A DNA stretch of 64,000 bases from Bacillota bacterium (GTDB lineage Bacteria > Bacillota > SHA-98 > Ch115 > JABLXJ01), in NCBI GenBank assembly GCA_013178125.1, contig JABLXJ010000008.1, forward strand, positions 78,305-142,304, given 5' to 3'. Each line of letters begins with the position of its first letter. Position 1 is the stretch's first letter. Under the pieces are notes generated by a model. The model was not told where the DNA came from and did no database searches. It saw only the letters and a program-made list of their open reading frames with translations. Made by a program: the position numbers and the translations under genes. Below are positions 1 through 9,876 of this stretch, piece by piece.

Positions 1-388
1 CATCCCTCGATGTCAACCTCATCAAGAGCTCGCGCGCAAGCTGCTGGGAGTGAACGATTATATCCGGAAAGCCCTGAATTATGAACCTGTTATAGTTGAC
101 CAGGCCGGGCGTAAAGTCGTGCATGGTCGCTACAGCGCTCACCCCCGCCTGCGCGAGCCGCTCAACAGTCTTGGCCAGGAGCCCGATGTCGTAAAGGACA
201 TACTCGAACTGGAAATGCGCCAGGGTCAACTCTTGCTCGATGATGCGAGTTGCCGCCTCAACCCCGCAGCTCGGGATCAGCCTGACATACCCCCCCAGGT
301 TCTCGAGCTCGCCTGCAAGTGCCCTCGAATATTCAGATATCCCGCACCGTTTCCCGAGGGACGGCACTACCATGCCGACCCTCATCAT
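1..388 (-). CDS. Glycosyltransferase, N-terminal part (5' partial in window; gene continues beyond position 1)
   Basis: Manual minus-strand translation from the ATG at 388: MMRVGMVVPSLGKRCGISEYSRALAGELENLGGYVRLIP... This is a typical GT4 N-domain start (GIsEY...LA.eL...G). The frame is open to the window edge. It lies tandem to the downstream GT gene. Confidence 0.5.
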   Translation of the reverse strand, partial: MMRVGMVVPSLGKRCGISEYSRALAGELENLGGYVRLIPSCGVEAATRIIEQELTLAHFQFEYVLYDIGLLAKTVERLAQAGVSAVATMHDFTPGLVNYNRFIIQGFPDIIVHSQQLARELLMRLTSRD

Positions 389-448
389 GGTCTCCCTCCG
401 GTGCTCCTGATATCCCGGCTTTTGATATCCCATCCCCGCATCCCACCT

Positions 449-1666
449 TCATTGTTGCCCCTGGATTTCGAGGAGCCTCTCATACATCTTCCCGGTGGAA
501 CTATCCCAGCTGAACCTCTCCCTCACATACCCACTCGCCCTCATCCCAACAGCCCTCGCCGCATCCCGGTTTTCATAGACCTGCCGCATCAGCCTCTTGA
601 GATGAGCCACGCTGGGCCGGGCCCAGTACGCCCCGTCATAGACTGCGTCATTGGCGATCCCGAAACGGGGTATCGGCTCCAGCCCCTCGATGTCTACGAG
701 GTAGCTATTGTCAGCATTCATGAAGTCGAGGTGCGCGGACCACCTGGTGCTTATAACCGGTAAGCCGCAAGCCATGGCTTCCATAGCCGGCATGTTCCAG
801 CCCTCCCCCCTCGTGGGGAGCACAAAGCAGTCCGCCGCCGCATACAGTTGCGGGACGGCAGCCGGGGGCAGGATGGAAGCCATGACTATAATCGGTGGGC
901 CGCTTGACCCCACCTGCGCCCTGAGGTTGTCAACCTCGCCCTTGATCTTAACCCCATTAGGGTCATAGCTGCTGTTATCGTGGACCTTCAGGATGAGACA
1001 CACATCCTCGTCCGCGCGAAACTCCTCCAAGAAGGCCCTTATGAGCAGGTCATAACCCTTGCGCGGGATCCACTCGAATACTGATAGAAAGGCGAAGCCC
1101 CGCCTCCCCGGGATGTAGAGGGGAGGCACGCCGGGCCGGAAGCGGTCGGCGTCCACCCCAAGATGCATGACCCTGACCTTTTCCGCCGGCATGCCGCTGG
1201 CTGTAAATGTGTGGTAATTAAAGGTCGAGGGCACCCATATTTCATTCATCATATTGCACCTTCCCACCCAGCTCGCCGGGATGCGGTCGCTTTCGAGCAT
1301 GGTGAGCCCGATGCTGTAACTCCCGGGGGTCGGGGAGAAGAAGGCACCGATGAATACAAAGAGGCTCACAGGGTTCACCATTGTCCCCGAATTATTTATC
1401 ATTCGCGAGAATAGCTCCTCCTCTCGCGGATCAAGCCCCACGCTAGTGACCCCGAGTCGCTTTGGTATGAGCCTGATATTCACCCCGCGCCTGTGCAGGT
1501 TTAAGAGAATATTCCGATTCACCTCTGCATACCCTACAGCCTCAAAGACAGGACCGATATCTATGAGATTCAAGCGAACCACCCCAGCTACATATGCGTC
1601 CCATATATGTATGGCCAGTACGGGTATATCCACCCGATTTTTACGATATATTATGCTATTATGCAC
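449..1666 (-). CDS. Glycosyltransferase family 1 (GT4-type)
   Basis: 405 aa. C-terminal EGWNMPAMEAMACGLPVISTRWSAHLDFM matches the GT1 EX7E/GLPVI motif region. The opposite-strand ORF 50..763 is rejected. Confidence 0.85.
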   Translation of the reverse strand: MHNSIIYRKNRVDIPVLAIHIWDAYVAGVVRLNLIDIGPVFEAVGYAEVNRNILLNLHRRGVNIRLIPKRLGVTSVGLDPREEELFSRMINNSGTMVNPVSLFVFIGAFFSPTPGSYSIGLTMLESDRIPASWVGRCNMMNEIWVPSTFNYHTFTASGMPAEKVRVMHLGVDADRFRPGVPPLYIPGRRGFAFLSVFEWIPRKGYDLLIRAFLEEFRADEDVCLILKVHDNSSYDPNGVKIKGEVDNLRAQVGSSGPPIIVMASILPPAAVPQLYAAADCFVLPTRGEGWNMPAMEAMACGLPVISTRWSAHLDFMNADNSYLVDIEGLEPIPRFGIANDAVYDGAYWARPSVAHLKRLMRQVYENRDAARAVGMRASGYVRERFSWDSSTGKMYERLLEIQGQQ

Positions 1667-1975
1667 GGCCGGTGTACCTGGTTAAGGATGCCCTGCCGAG
1701 TCGCTCCAACTTTGAAAGTCATCCTGCGGGGATTCCTGGAATACATAATTAAGGGGATTTCAGAGGGGCTCACCGATCAACCGGGCGGGGTTGAGCAACC
1801 AATTGAGCATCGGTTGAGCAATCGTGGGGTTAAACCAGATTAGACCCCCATGCGCTGGTGCAGCGCCACAGAGAATGAAAATGAGATCGAATCTCTAATT
1901 GAAAATAGTTGGGTTATCTCCGGGGTAATTGCAGGTTGGTTGCAGGTGAAAAAGCTCGCGTAGAGGTCCGGACTA

Positions 1976-2758
1976 ATGGGAGGGCTTAATATGCGGAAGC
2001 TGGTTGTGGTCTTCGTTCTCAGGGAGGCTATCTACTCTCTCGCAGCCCTGGTGGGAATGGCCGTCCTCGTCGGGCTCCTGGCTGCTGAGACCGTTATAAG
2101 GGTGCTCGGGCCCGCGACAAGTCCTGTCACTGGAAAGATCATCGTGATCGACCCGGGCCACGGGGGCATCGACCCGGGCGCCAATGATGCACAGGGAGTC
2201 AAGGAAAAGGATATCGTCCTGGCCATAGCCTCGGAGCTCCGGACCCTACTGGGAACGGTAAAGGCGATCCCGATCCAGACCAGGCTGGGTGACTGGGACC
2301 TGAGCGATATCTACCCTGACGAGCGAACGAGGCACCGGCAAGACCTCATGGCCAGGGTCCACATAGCCCATAAAAGTCAGGCCGATGCCCTCGTCAGCAT
2401 ACATGTCAATAAGTCGAGGTCAGCGAGCGCCTCGGGCGCCGTGACATTTTACAACCCCAATCAGCCTGAGAGCAAGCGCCTCGCCGCCGCGCTCCAGCGC
2501 AGGCTCAGGGAGCTCCAGCCGGAAACCGCGGGCTGGATCCTGCCCGGGGATTACTACATCCTCCGCGAGTCGAAGGTGCCCACCGTCATCGTAGAGGTCG
2601 GCTTCATCTCCAACCCCGAGGAGAAGAGGCTCCTCCTCACCGGTGAATACCGCCAGAAGCTCGCGCAGGCTATATTCGAGGGATTGTGCGACTTCTTTAG
2701 GGGCTCCCCTCTCTCTCCTTCTAACCAGGACCCCGTCCCCCTCACCAGGTCCCGATGA
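1976..2758 (+). CDS. cwlD: N-acetylmuramoyl-L-alanine amidase, CwlD-like (germination-specific)
   Basis: N-terminal TM/signal. IVIDPGHGGIDPGA zinc-amidase_3 motif. ~240 aa, the size of CwlD. Confidence 0.8.
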   Translation: MGGLNMRKLVVVFVLREAIYSLAALVGMAVLVGLLAAETVIRVLGPATSPVTGKIIVIDPGHGGIDPGANDAQGVKEKDIVLAIASELRTLLGTVKAIPIQTRLGDWDLSDIYPDERTRHRQDLMARVHIAHKSQADALVSIHVNKSRSASASGAVTFYNPNQPESKRLAAALQRRLRELQPETAGWILPGDYYILRESKVPTVIVEVGFISNPEEKRLLLTGEYRQKLAQAIFEGLCDFFRGSPLSPSNQDPVPLTRSR

Positions 2759-3488
2759 AGAGCTGGGTGAACATCTTACCGTAAGGCCCTCCATTTACAA
2801 TCCCGATCCCCACGCGATTATACGAAGGATTGAGGATATTCGCCCTGTGGCCTTCGCTGCTCATCAAGGCGCTGTGGGCCTGAGCCACGGTCGGGGCCCC
2901 GGCGATGTTCTCTCCTGCAGCCCTGTAGCTTATTCCCGCCCGCTTCAACATGTCAAAGGGCGAGCCATATGTGGGGGAATAATGGCTGAAGTAATTGCGC
3001 GCGATCATATCCGCGCTCTTCTGTCGCGCAAGCTCAACAAGCCTCATGTCGACCTGGAGGGGCGCAAGGCCCGCCCTTGACCGCTCCTGGTTTATAAGAT
3101 CGAGCATCTGCTGCTCATCAGCGGTCAGCCCACCCTGAGGCGGCTGAGGTTGTGGTTGTGGCTGGGGCTGCGGTTGGGGCTGGGGCTGCGGTTGGGGCTG
3201 GGGCTGCGGCGCAGGGTTCGTTGGCCTGTAAATATAGTAGTAGGTCCCACCGCTCCCACTCCAGTGCCAGGTATTACCCGACGTGCTGTAGTAATTTCCG
3301 GGCCTGTAAGTATAGACATAGGTGGCCCCTGACCCGGAGCTGCTCGAAGAGTAGCCAGAGTAGCCCTGGTATGTAGTCCCTCCGCTGGAGTAGTATGTGG
3401 CCGCGAATACGCTAGCCGGAATCAAGAGAAAAACAACCATGAATATGAGGACAAGAGCCTGTAAAGTAACGTTCTTCCGCCTTTGCAT
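2742..3488 (-). CDS. Secreted CAP/SCP (YkwD-like) domain protein with (PQ)14 linker
   Basis: Signal peptide MQRRKNVTLQALVLIFMVVFLLIPASVFA. Y/S/G-rich region, then a perfect PQ x14 repeat. C-terminal CAP domain (NYFSHYSPTYGSPFDMLKRAGISYRAAGENIA). Confidence 0.75.
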   Translation of the reverse strand: MQRRKNVTLQALVLIFMVVFLLIPASVFAATYYSSGGTTYQGYSGYSSSSSGSGATYVYTYRPGNYYSTSGNTWHWSGSGGTYYYIYRPTNPAPQPQPQPQPQPQPQPQPQPQPQPPQGGLTADEQQMLDLINQERSRAGLAPLQVDMRLVELARQKSADMIARNYFSHYSPTYGSPFDMLKRAGISYRAAGENIAGAPTVAQAHSALMSSEGHRANILNPSYNRVGIGIVNGGPYGKMFTQLFIGTW

Positions 3489-3730
3489 AACGCTTACTTC
3501 CCCTTTCGGTGAAATGAATTACGTGATGAATACACGAGATTGGAGAGGGTCGCCTCTTTATGTTAACTAACTCGGCCAGCTATTTCAACACACTATTCCA
3601 GGGAACCTAAGAAGATCGAGGCATGGGAGGAATATCCTTGGCAGGATGGAAATAAAAAAATAAAGCTGGCCGGCTGGCCAGCGCATGTCTCGTAGATATG
3701 AACTAGATATGAAGAACTAGAATATGGACT

Positions 3731-4753
3731 TTAGAAGAACTCGACTTCTAGGAGCCTCATGACATCCTGTATACGGTTACAGACCGTGACCTGATCAGAA
3801 CCTGCGAATAGCAGCCCGACAGCGTAGTTATCGGCATCGAGGACGAGCGACCCGCTATCACCACCTTGCGCCATGGGCCCTGCGAGAATCTGGCCTTCGA
3901 ATTCGGCGAAGGATTGGTCGCCGTAGCCTACACGAATGGTCGCATCCAGGGCCTGGACTTGGGATGTATTGAGACCCGTGGTCCTGCCGCTCTTCTTCAC
4001 GGACATCCCGAGCTCCGCCTCCTTGACCCCCGCGACCCTCCCCACCTCCAGGATATCCGGGATCACCAGGTCATCGGAAAGCGGCTTTGCGACAGCTGCG
4101 TCTACGAGATTGGTCTTGCCTGTTTCCTTGAATAGCTTTATGCTGTAGCCCGGCCTGAACTGCGCCATCCGGTAGTTCAGAACCTTCTCAAAGATCTGGG
4201 CGATGGGGCAGGTCGACGACCCCAGGCCCTTATGTATAGGCACAAACCTCTCCAGCGTGCCGATCTGGTCATCGCCGACCGTTCCGCCGTCGTAGGGGCC
4301 CGGCTGGAGCACAGGATCGCCGATCTTGGCCCTCCCATCCGCACCGTCCGTGGCATTGGCCAGGACGTGGTTGTTCGAGAGGATGAGGGGTTTACCCGTC
4401 CCCTTGTCCTTTACCAGGGCCCCAAATGTCCCGGCTGTCACCCGGTAATGAGCTATGCTCACCCCCGGCTGGGCCGGCCGCACCTTGTAGGTTCTCCCCA
4501 GGAACAAGAACCTGATATCGCCTACCTCGATAACGTCTGTGGGTACACCTTCTATCTCCGGGGGCACGAGATGGCCGGGTTTGACCTCGAGGCTCGGCAG
4601 TTTCCTTGTCACGAGAACTACAATGCACTCGTCACCGGCCCTCATACCCTTGACCTTCTTATAGCCCCTGGCGACCCCCACGACATTATCAAGACGCATG
4701 AGATAATCTCGGTGTATATTTAAGGCTTGCTTAACCCTAATAGTCCTATCCAC
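3731..4753 (-). CDS. Trypsin-like (S1 family, Trypsin_2-like) serine peptidase, no signal peptide
   Basis: 340 aa. Candidate catalytic His in LILSNNHVLAN, Asp in NLVDAAVAK, Ser in GDSGSLV. N-terminal ~110 aa domain of unknown type. Confidence 0.5.
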   Translation of the reverse strand: MDRTIRVKQALNIHRDYLMRLDNVVGVARGYKKVKGMRAGDECIVVLVTRKLPSLEVKPGHLVPPEIEGVPTDVIEVGDIRFLFLGRTYKVRPAQPGVSIAHYRVTAGTFGALVKDKGTGKPLILSNNHVLANATDGADGRAKIGDPVLQPGPYDGGTVGDDQIGTLERFVPIHKGLGSSTCPIAQIFEKVLNYRMAQFRPGYSIKLFKETGKTNLVDAAVAKPLSDDLVIPDILEVGRVAGVKEAELGMSVKKSGRTTGLNTSQVQALDATIRVGYGDQSFAEFEGQILAGPMAQGGDSGSLVLDADNYAVGLLFAGSDQVTVCNRIQDVMRLLEVEFF

Positions 4754-4853
4754 AATTCACCACTCCCCTTGGCACTATCCGCCTTTTAATCCTGATCCTT
4801 GGCTGATTTATGTATATTCCTCGAGAGGAGGAGTGGTGAATTGCGCAGACCGC

Positions 4854-5204
4854 CTACCTCGATGGCCAGGTCCAGATGAGAAGGGTCGGCAGGAGCCTGT
4901 TGAGGAAAGGCTGAATGATGGTCAAGAAAATCGAGAGGGCCGCGACGGGGTCCAGCTTCACCCCGAAGAACGAGGCCCGCTCGGGCACGGTGATCTTCAA
5001 GAAGTTGATCAGCATGATGAGAGCGAGATATATCCCACCGGCCGTGCCTACGAACTCGACAATCGCCTCCGATAACGGCGAGCTTCTTGGCTCCGGCAGC
5101 GACGGCTCCTTCTCCTCCGATCTCTTAACCCTGGATGCGACCCGCTCGCGTATGGATAGGAAGACCAGCGCTAGAAGGATGATCAGGAGGATGAGAATCT
5201 CCAT
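4854..5204 (-). CDS. Small hydrophobic membrane protein (hypothetical)
   Basis: 116 aa with two strongly hydrophobic segments. No recognisable family. Confidence 0.35.
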   Translation of the reverse strand: MEILILLIILLALVFLSIRERVASRVKRSEEKEPSLPEPRSSPLSEAIVEFVGTAGGIYLALIMLINFLKITVPERASFFGVKLDPVAALSIFLTIIQPFLNRLLPTLLIWTWPSR

Positions 5205-5365
5205 GGCTTGACACCTCCGCTACGGTTTTCCTAACCTCCTAAGGATATCTATAGGATATCTATGCGGTGTAGCCTGGGAGGTATGAATTCATTTTATCCA
5301 GGTATCCAAGTCAATTTATCCAGGTCAATGCGAGCCGGGGGGCGAGCATATGAGCGGCAAAATGA

Positions 5366-5407
5366 ATAAAATAAAATGAAAAGCAGGGCGTGTAGAATGC
5401 GCCCTGC
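5366..5407 (-). terminator. Rho-independent terminator downstream of veg
   Basis: Perfect 8-bp stem GCAGGGCG / CGCCCTGC (5383-5390 / 5400-5407) with a 9-nt loop. On the minus strand it is followed by TTTTCATTTTATTTT. Confidence 0.6.
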
Positions 5408-5460
5408 CTTCGCCCCTTTATATTATGCCTTTATATGCGGGTGATAAGAATCTATAAGTC

Positions 5461-5739
5461 TTAAAGCCCCGCGCACCCAATCCGCTTTTCCTTATCCTTG
5501 CTATATACCGAAAGTTCGACCGTTTCCGTGAGAACATCTGCATATGTGAAGGAAACCCGCTTCTCGGCTCCAGGTTTCTCATTCAGCCTTACAATAAACA
5601 CTTTTGGATAGGTTCTTTCGAGGATGCCTTCGACCTCAATTACCTTCTTGCGCCCCTGGTTTGCCTTGAGCCGAACCCTCTTGCCCACGAATGATTCCAT
5701 GTCTTCCTTGATTCTATCGAGGACGTTTTTGGCCGCCAT
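5461..5739 (-). CDS. veg: Veg (DUF1021) biofilm/sporulation-associated protein
   Basis: MAAKNVLDRIKEDMESFVGKRVRLKANQGRKKVIEVEGILERTYPKVFIVRL is a classic Veg. Start moved to the internal ATG at 5739, which is preceded by AAGGAAGGTGA. The ORF-track start at 5784 adds an unlikely leader. Confidence 0.85.
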   Translation of the reverse strand: MAAKNVLDRIKEDMESFVGKRVRLKANQGRKKVIEVEGILERTYPKVFIVRLNEKPGAEKRVSFTYADVLTETVELSVYSKDKEKRIGCAGL

Positions 5740-5952
5740 ACCTATCACCTTCCTTTGAGGGGCCATATACAAACACATATACATATCAATGATACTACGA
5801 GTCCTCGATTATGTCAAGAAAAATGTTAGTATACCAACAATTGATGTCCGTCGTCAAGGGTTCTAAACGCCCAAACATCTCGCATTCCAAGCGATTTCAA
5901 GCGCCCATGGGCCTGTAGCACCGAATCATAAGCATCTTTTGCACGAAACCTT

Positions 5953-6831
5953 TTAATCTGTCTTCGGTTTAGGGAGGCCGAGCCTGAACTTGCCACGGGT
6001 CTCGACCCCACCCATACCCTTTATGCCGGTAATGGTGTTTTCTATTACCTCATATACCTGCGCAATATTATCGACCGGAGTGAATGAGATTTTCTCAGCC
6101 ACCAGGATAGGATCATAACAGTGAATAAAGACGCGCTCAGGGGAGCTCGCGAAGTTAGCTCCGGCATCAATCAGCGCCTCATAATGAGACTGGCATGCCC
6201 CCGCCACTATAACGAGAGCATCCCTATCCGGTTGAAACCTGCGTGCCTTTCTCACTGCTTCAACAAAGAAACGCGACGTCCGGTAGCTGTCGAGGTCGTT
6301 CCGGTTGCCCCTCTTAGTAGCCAGGCCATCGTGCCCCGTCATGACAACTATCTCCGGCAGGTAGTCCTCCAGCAGCTCTGTTATCCTGTCGGGTTGTTTG
6401 GCCTCCGGAACGTACTCCCCGCGGATGGGCACGCCGAGCTGGCTATAATACTCGAGACATTCCTTCAGGTACTCGTTATCGCCATCGATATGCAGGACCC
6501 TTCCAGGCAATTCTATAAAATCATGCGCGGGATCCTTCGCTGCCCGCGCCCTGTAACCCCACGCCTTCTCTTCCTGCACCCTGCGCAGGAAGACTTTACG
6601 CGCCGTTTCCTTGGATTCCTTCAGGATATTATGCTTTAGCTCCTCAACCCGCCTGGGATCGACCTTAACCAGGTCTGAAAGTGGCGCGTCCGCAATCAGC
6701 CTCACATTTATCCCCTTGATCAGGGCGCTTCCCCTACGCGCGTCGGGATTTATGATCCTGACGACAGCGAAAAGGAGATCCATCTGATGAGATTTCCTGG
6801 CGACGACATCACCCACCGCGATCTTTTCCAA
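5953..6831 (-). CDS. yabG: Sporulation-specific protease YabG (peptidase U57)
   Basis: IAVGDVVARKSHQMDLLFAVVRIINP matches the YabG N-terminus (B. subtilis MQFQIGDMVARKSYQMDLLF). A likely TTG start at 6831 is preceded by GGGGGAGGTGGAG. It sits between ksgA and veg as in B. subtilis. Confidence 0.8.
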   Translation of the reverse strand: MEKIAVGDVVARKSHQMDLLFAVVRIINPDARRGSALIKGINVRLIADAPLSDLVKVDPRRVEELKHNILKESKETARKVFLRRVQEEKAWGYRARAAKDPAHDFIELPGRVLHIDGDNEYLKECLEYYSQLGVPIRGEYVPEAKQPDRITELLEDYLPEIVVMTGHDGLATKRGNRNDLDSYRTSRFFVEAVRKARRFQPDRDALVIVAGACQSHYEALIDAGANFASSPERVFIHCYDPILVAEKISFTPVDNIAQVYEVIENTITGIKGMGGVETRGKFRLGLPKPKTD

Positions 6832-6974
6832 ACCTGCTCCACCTCCCCCCGAGACGACATCTACCTGGGGTATCGGGCAGACCCATACGCATTCCCGATA
6901 CATAGTACGGGGAGGATAGCAAAATGGTGCAGACTAACGGTGGAGCCGTCGCTCCCGATCCTGGGCTAATGACT

Positions 6975-7445
6975 TCATTTCGTGTGCTTGTCCGCAACCT
7001 TTGAGGCGCCATACGAATCGGGCTTGATGCGCGCCTCAAAGCCTGTCCCGGTCACCATCCCTATAACCTCACGAATCAGGTCCTTTGTCGAGCCGTTCTC
7101 ACCGACATCGAGGTGGATTTCCACATTCAGGTCCGAGTGGCCGTTCTGAGCCAGTTTCTCGGCAAGCCTGCTCGCAATGCCCAGACTCTTCGCGGTCTCA
7201 TAAAATATCCGCTGCCTCAAGCTCCGCCCGACTCGTTCCTTCTCCCTAGAATAATAATACCGGGCGCCCTTGCCCACCCGGTGTACGATAATCGCGGTTA
7301 CGAAACAAGTTTCCTCGCGAAGTTGGGAATCAGTGCCTATTATAAGTTTATAGCGGGCGTTTGGCACCTCCTGGACATAGCTTATTATATCCTTGAAAGT
7401 CTCGTTGAAGCTCAGACGGCCCTTTGTAGGGCTTATGAAGATCAT
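6975..7445 (-). CDS. Hypothetical protein, possibly RNase H-like fold (DUF458/YkuK-like); occupies the position of rnmV
   Basis: 156 aa. KLIIGTDSQ resembles a beta1 catalytic-Asp strand of RNase H-like folds. No TOPRIM motif, so it is not a typical RnmV. Confidence 0.35.
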   Translation of the reverse strand: MIFISPTKGRLSFNETFKDIISYVQEVPNARYKLIIGTDSQLREETCFVTAIIVHRVGKGARYYYSREKERVGRSLRQRIFYETAKSLGIASRLAEKLAQNGHSDLNVEIHLDVGENGSTKDLIREVIGMVTGTGFEARIKPDSYGASKVADKHTK

Positions 7446-7451
7446 ATACTA

Positions 7452-8375
7452 TCACCTTTGATGTTTAAGACTATGAATACAATCAGCTAAACGCGCAAAC
7501 TCCTCTATGCTCAACGTCTCAGCCCGCCGGGATGGATCGACCTGCGCAAGCTCAAACGCGCGATCCAGTCCGGTGTCGCTGAGCACCGGCATAGCCCCCC
7601 TGAGTGCGTTACGTAAAGTCTTCCGCCGTTGCTGGAATCCAGCCCTCACGACGGCAAAAAAGAAGGCCTGGTCGGTTACGCTCACGGGAGGGCCGGTCCT
7701 GACCTTGAGCCGCACCACGGCCGAGTCCACCTCAGGCTCGGGGAGGAACGCGCTGGATGGCACAATAGAAACAATTTCCGGGGAAGTATGAAATTGCACG
7801 GCAATTGAAAAAGCGCCATAATCCTTCCCGCCCGGCCGCGCGGCCATCCTCTCGGCAACCTCTTTCTGGACCATCACGACGATCCTCTCGAATAGCCCCT
7901 TTGAATCCAGCAATTTCAAGATCGTGGGCGTCGTAATGTAGTAAGGCAGGTTGGCCACAGCCTTACACTTTCTTCCTTCATTTATAGCAGAGTGCAGGGT
8001 TTTTGTCAAGTCGACGGCCAGGATGTCGCCGTGGACCAACACTACATTACCCCGGAGCCCCAGGCGCTCCCTGAGGACGCCATAAAGCTCCTCATCCACC
8101 TCCACGGCGATCACACTACGCGCTCGCCTGGATAGCTCCTCCGTCAATGTGCCTATCCCCGGCCCTATCTCTAGAACGATATCCCCCTCGGCCACCTGCG
8201 AGGCGTCGATGATGCCTGCCAGCACCCCTTCATCCACGAGGAAGTGCTGGCCCAGGCGCCTCTTTGCGCTGAGGCCATACCTTCTTATTATCTCCAGAGT
8301 CCTAGCTGCCAACCTGGACTGTTTAACGCTCATGTCCTGACATCCACACCTTCTACTTCGCTTAAATACTCCCAA
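7452..8375 (-). CDS. rsmA: 16S rRNA (adenine1518/1519-N6)-dimethyltransferase RsmA/KsgA
   Basis: LGQHFLVD...VLEIGPGIGTLT SAM-binding motif; ~290 aa. Probable true start is the internal MSVKQ. Confidence 0.9.
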   Translation of the reverse strand: MGVFKRSRRCGCQDMSVKQSRLAARTLEIIRRYGLSAKRRLGQHFLVDEGVLAGIIDASQVAEGDIVLEIGPGIGTLTEELSRRARSVIAVEVDEELYGVLRERLGLRGNVVLVHGDILAVDLTKTLHSAINEGRKCKAVANLPYYITTPTILKLLDSKGLFERIVVMVQKEVAERMAARPGGKDYGAFSIAVQFHTSPEIVSIVPSSAFLPEPEVDSAVVRLKVRTGPPVSVTDQAFFFAVVRAGFQQRRKTLRNALRGAMPVLSDTGLDRAFELAQVDPSRRAETLSIEEFARLADCIHSLKHQR

Positions 8376-8525
8376 ATATACAAAGCGGGAAAACAGGGTC
8401 CTGGCCCCGTCTTCCCGTCGAAGTCACAGCTGTCATGGGAAATCGCTCATGCATAGAATGCTCATGTAATCATCGTGGTATATGGTATTATGTATATAGC
8501 ATCAGCATCGCCCATCAGGGCCCGC

Positions 8526-9560
8526 TTAGGGTTCCAGGAGATACACCCTAACCCTTCGCCTCCCGAATCGCAGGGCCTCTTCAAGGGTGTTAAAACATAG
8601 ATCGATGCGGTTTCCCTGGATTGCGGACCCGGTATCCCCCGCGATCGCCAGCCCGTAACCCTCTATATAAAGCCTCGTCCTGAGGGGTATAACGTCGGGG
8701 TCGACGGCCACGACGCCATATTGCGCTTTGAGCCCGATCGACGTGTACCCATCCGCGTACCTACCGCAACTCGTGGGGCCGGGCTCATAGGCCGTAGCAA
8801 GCATCACATGGGAGTCGCGGTACCTGTAGGTCCCACGTGATGTCGTGAGAGTCCTGAGCGGCTTCCGCATCCCGACCGCTACAACCCTCTTCACGGGCCT
8901 CGAGATCACCCTCTCGGACACCACCTTTTTGCTAACGGGCTTCCCGTCCTTGTAGGTGACCAGGATCTCCTGTTCCTTGAGGCCCTCTCGCCCCTCAGCT
9001 AGGACCCTCGTCCGGCCCCTGTCCATGTTTCGATCTTTTCGCACTTCTTCCTTGAAGGGGATGGTTACCTGTTTCACCTGCCTCTTCTCGGTTACCCTGA
9101 CAATGCGAATAACCATCCCATCGACCACGCGGGCCGCAAGGCCATGGCTGACCTCGTCCCTTGGGCCGATGACAAGGCCAAGCTCCTCCAGGACTTCACC
9201 CACCGTCTCTCTGGACGTCTTGACTTTCCAGGTCTTCTTATCTGCAACCACGCTTAGTGAAACTGCTCTCTTTACTACAATAACCGTGCCATCTCTTATC
9301 GTCTCATTCAAGCCCGGAAGCGTCACGTCCCTCTCGTGAAGCTTTATACCCGCCGCCTCCAGAACGCCTGCAACCGTCGTTGCCGTGGTTGCAACCGAAA
9401 TGACTTGTCCATCAACTTCGATCTTGACGTTCTTCTGCGCCCATACATAGCTCGCGAAAAGGGCAACAATGATAGCTGCGATGCATATTACCTCGAATGT
9501 GCGAGAATCACGGGCGAGGACGGCGAGCCTCTGCTTTCGCAAGGGGCTACCGTGCATCAC
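8526..9560 (-). CDS. yabE: YabE-like cell-wall-binding protein (DUF348 + G5 + 3D domains)
   Basis: N-terminal TM segment. C-terminal 3D domain (ATAYEPGPTSCGRYADGYTSIGLKAQYGVVAVDPDVIPLRTRLYIEGYGLAIAGDTGSAIQGNRIDL). Lies in the tatD-yabE-ksgA position. Confidence 0.75.
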   Translation of the reverse strand: MMHGSPLRKQRLAVLARDSRTFEVICIAAIIVALFASYVWAQKNVKIEVDGQVISVATTATTVAGVLEAAGIKLHERDVTLPGLNETIRDGTVIVVKRAVSLSVVADKKTWKVKTSRETVGEVLEELGLVIGPRDEVSHGLAARVVDGMVIRIVRVTEKRQVKQVTIPFKEEVRKDRNMDRGRTRVLAEGREGLKEQEILVTYKDGKPVSKKVVSERVISRPVKRVVAVGMRKPLRTLTTSRGTYRYRDSHVMLATAYEPGPTSCGRYADGYTSIGLKAQYGVVAVDPDVIPLRTRLYIEGYGLAIAGDTGSAIQGNRIDLCFNTLEEALRFGRRRVRVYLLEP

Positions 9561-9876
9561 ACCAACCTCCCAAATCCTCCCTCTTTCTCTGCGGTTTTAG
9601 AATTCTAACCTTTTATAACCAGTATAGCCACTCGCATTTCTTTTTATTCAAATCAAGAAACAAAGGTGCACGTCCCCATGCCTGATCTCAGGTGATCTCA
9701 GGCGCTTCTGTCCACCCATCGTCTATTGGAATTCAATTTATGTTCAATCTTTCCATTCGACGTCGCTCTGGCAATTCCTTCTCGATTTTCCTCTAAAATT
9801 TTCCTATACAAATCAAGCCGGGCGCGCCTCCCGGCATCGCGACCGGGGGACCGCGCCCAGCCCAGCTCTATAATGT

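Noticed and set aside
50-763. 237-aa plus-strand ORF at the window start
   Set aside because: It lies antisense to two glycosyltransferase genes that have clear family motifs. High-GC antisense ORFs are expected by chance.
1861-1884. 16-nt motif CAGAGAATGAAAATGA shared between 1867-1882 and 62575-62590 (possible IS-end remnant)
   Set aside because: A single exact 16-mer match in 64 kb is near the chance expectation and the flanks do not extend the similarity.
9817-9835. GCCGGG-CGCGCCT-CCCGGC hairpin after the OM-barrel gene as a terminator
   Set aside because: The hairpin is real but the following minus-strand tract (TTGATTTGTAT) is only weakly U-rich. Too uncertain to call as a feature.
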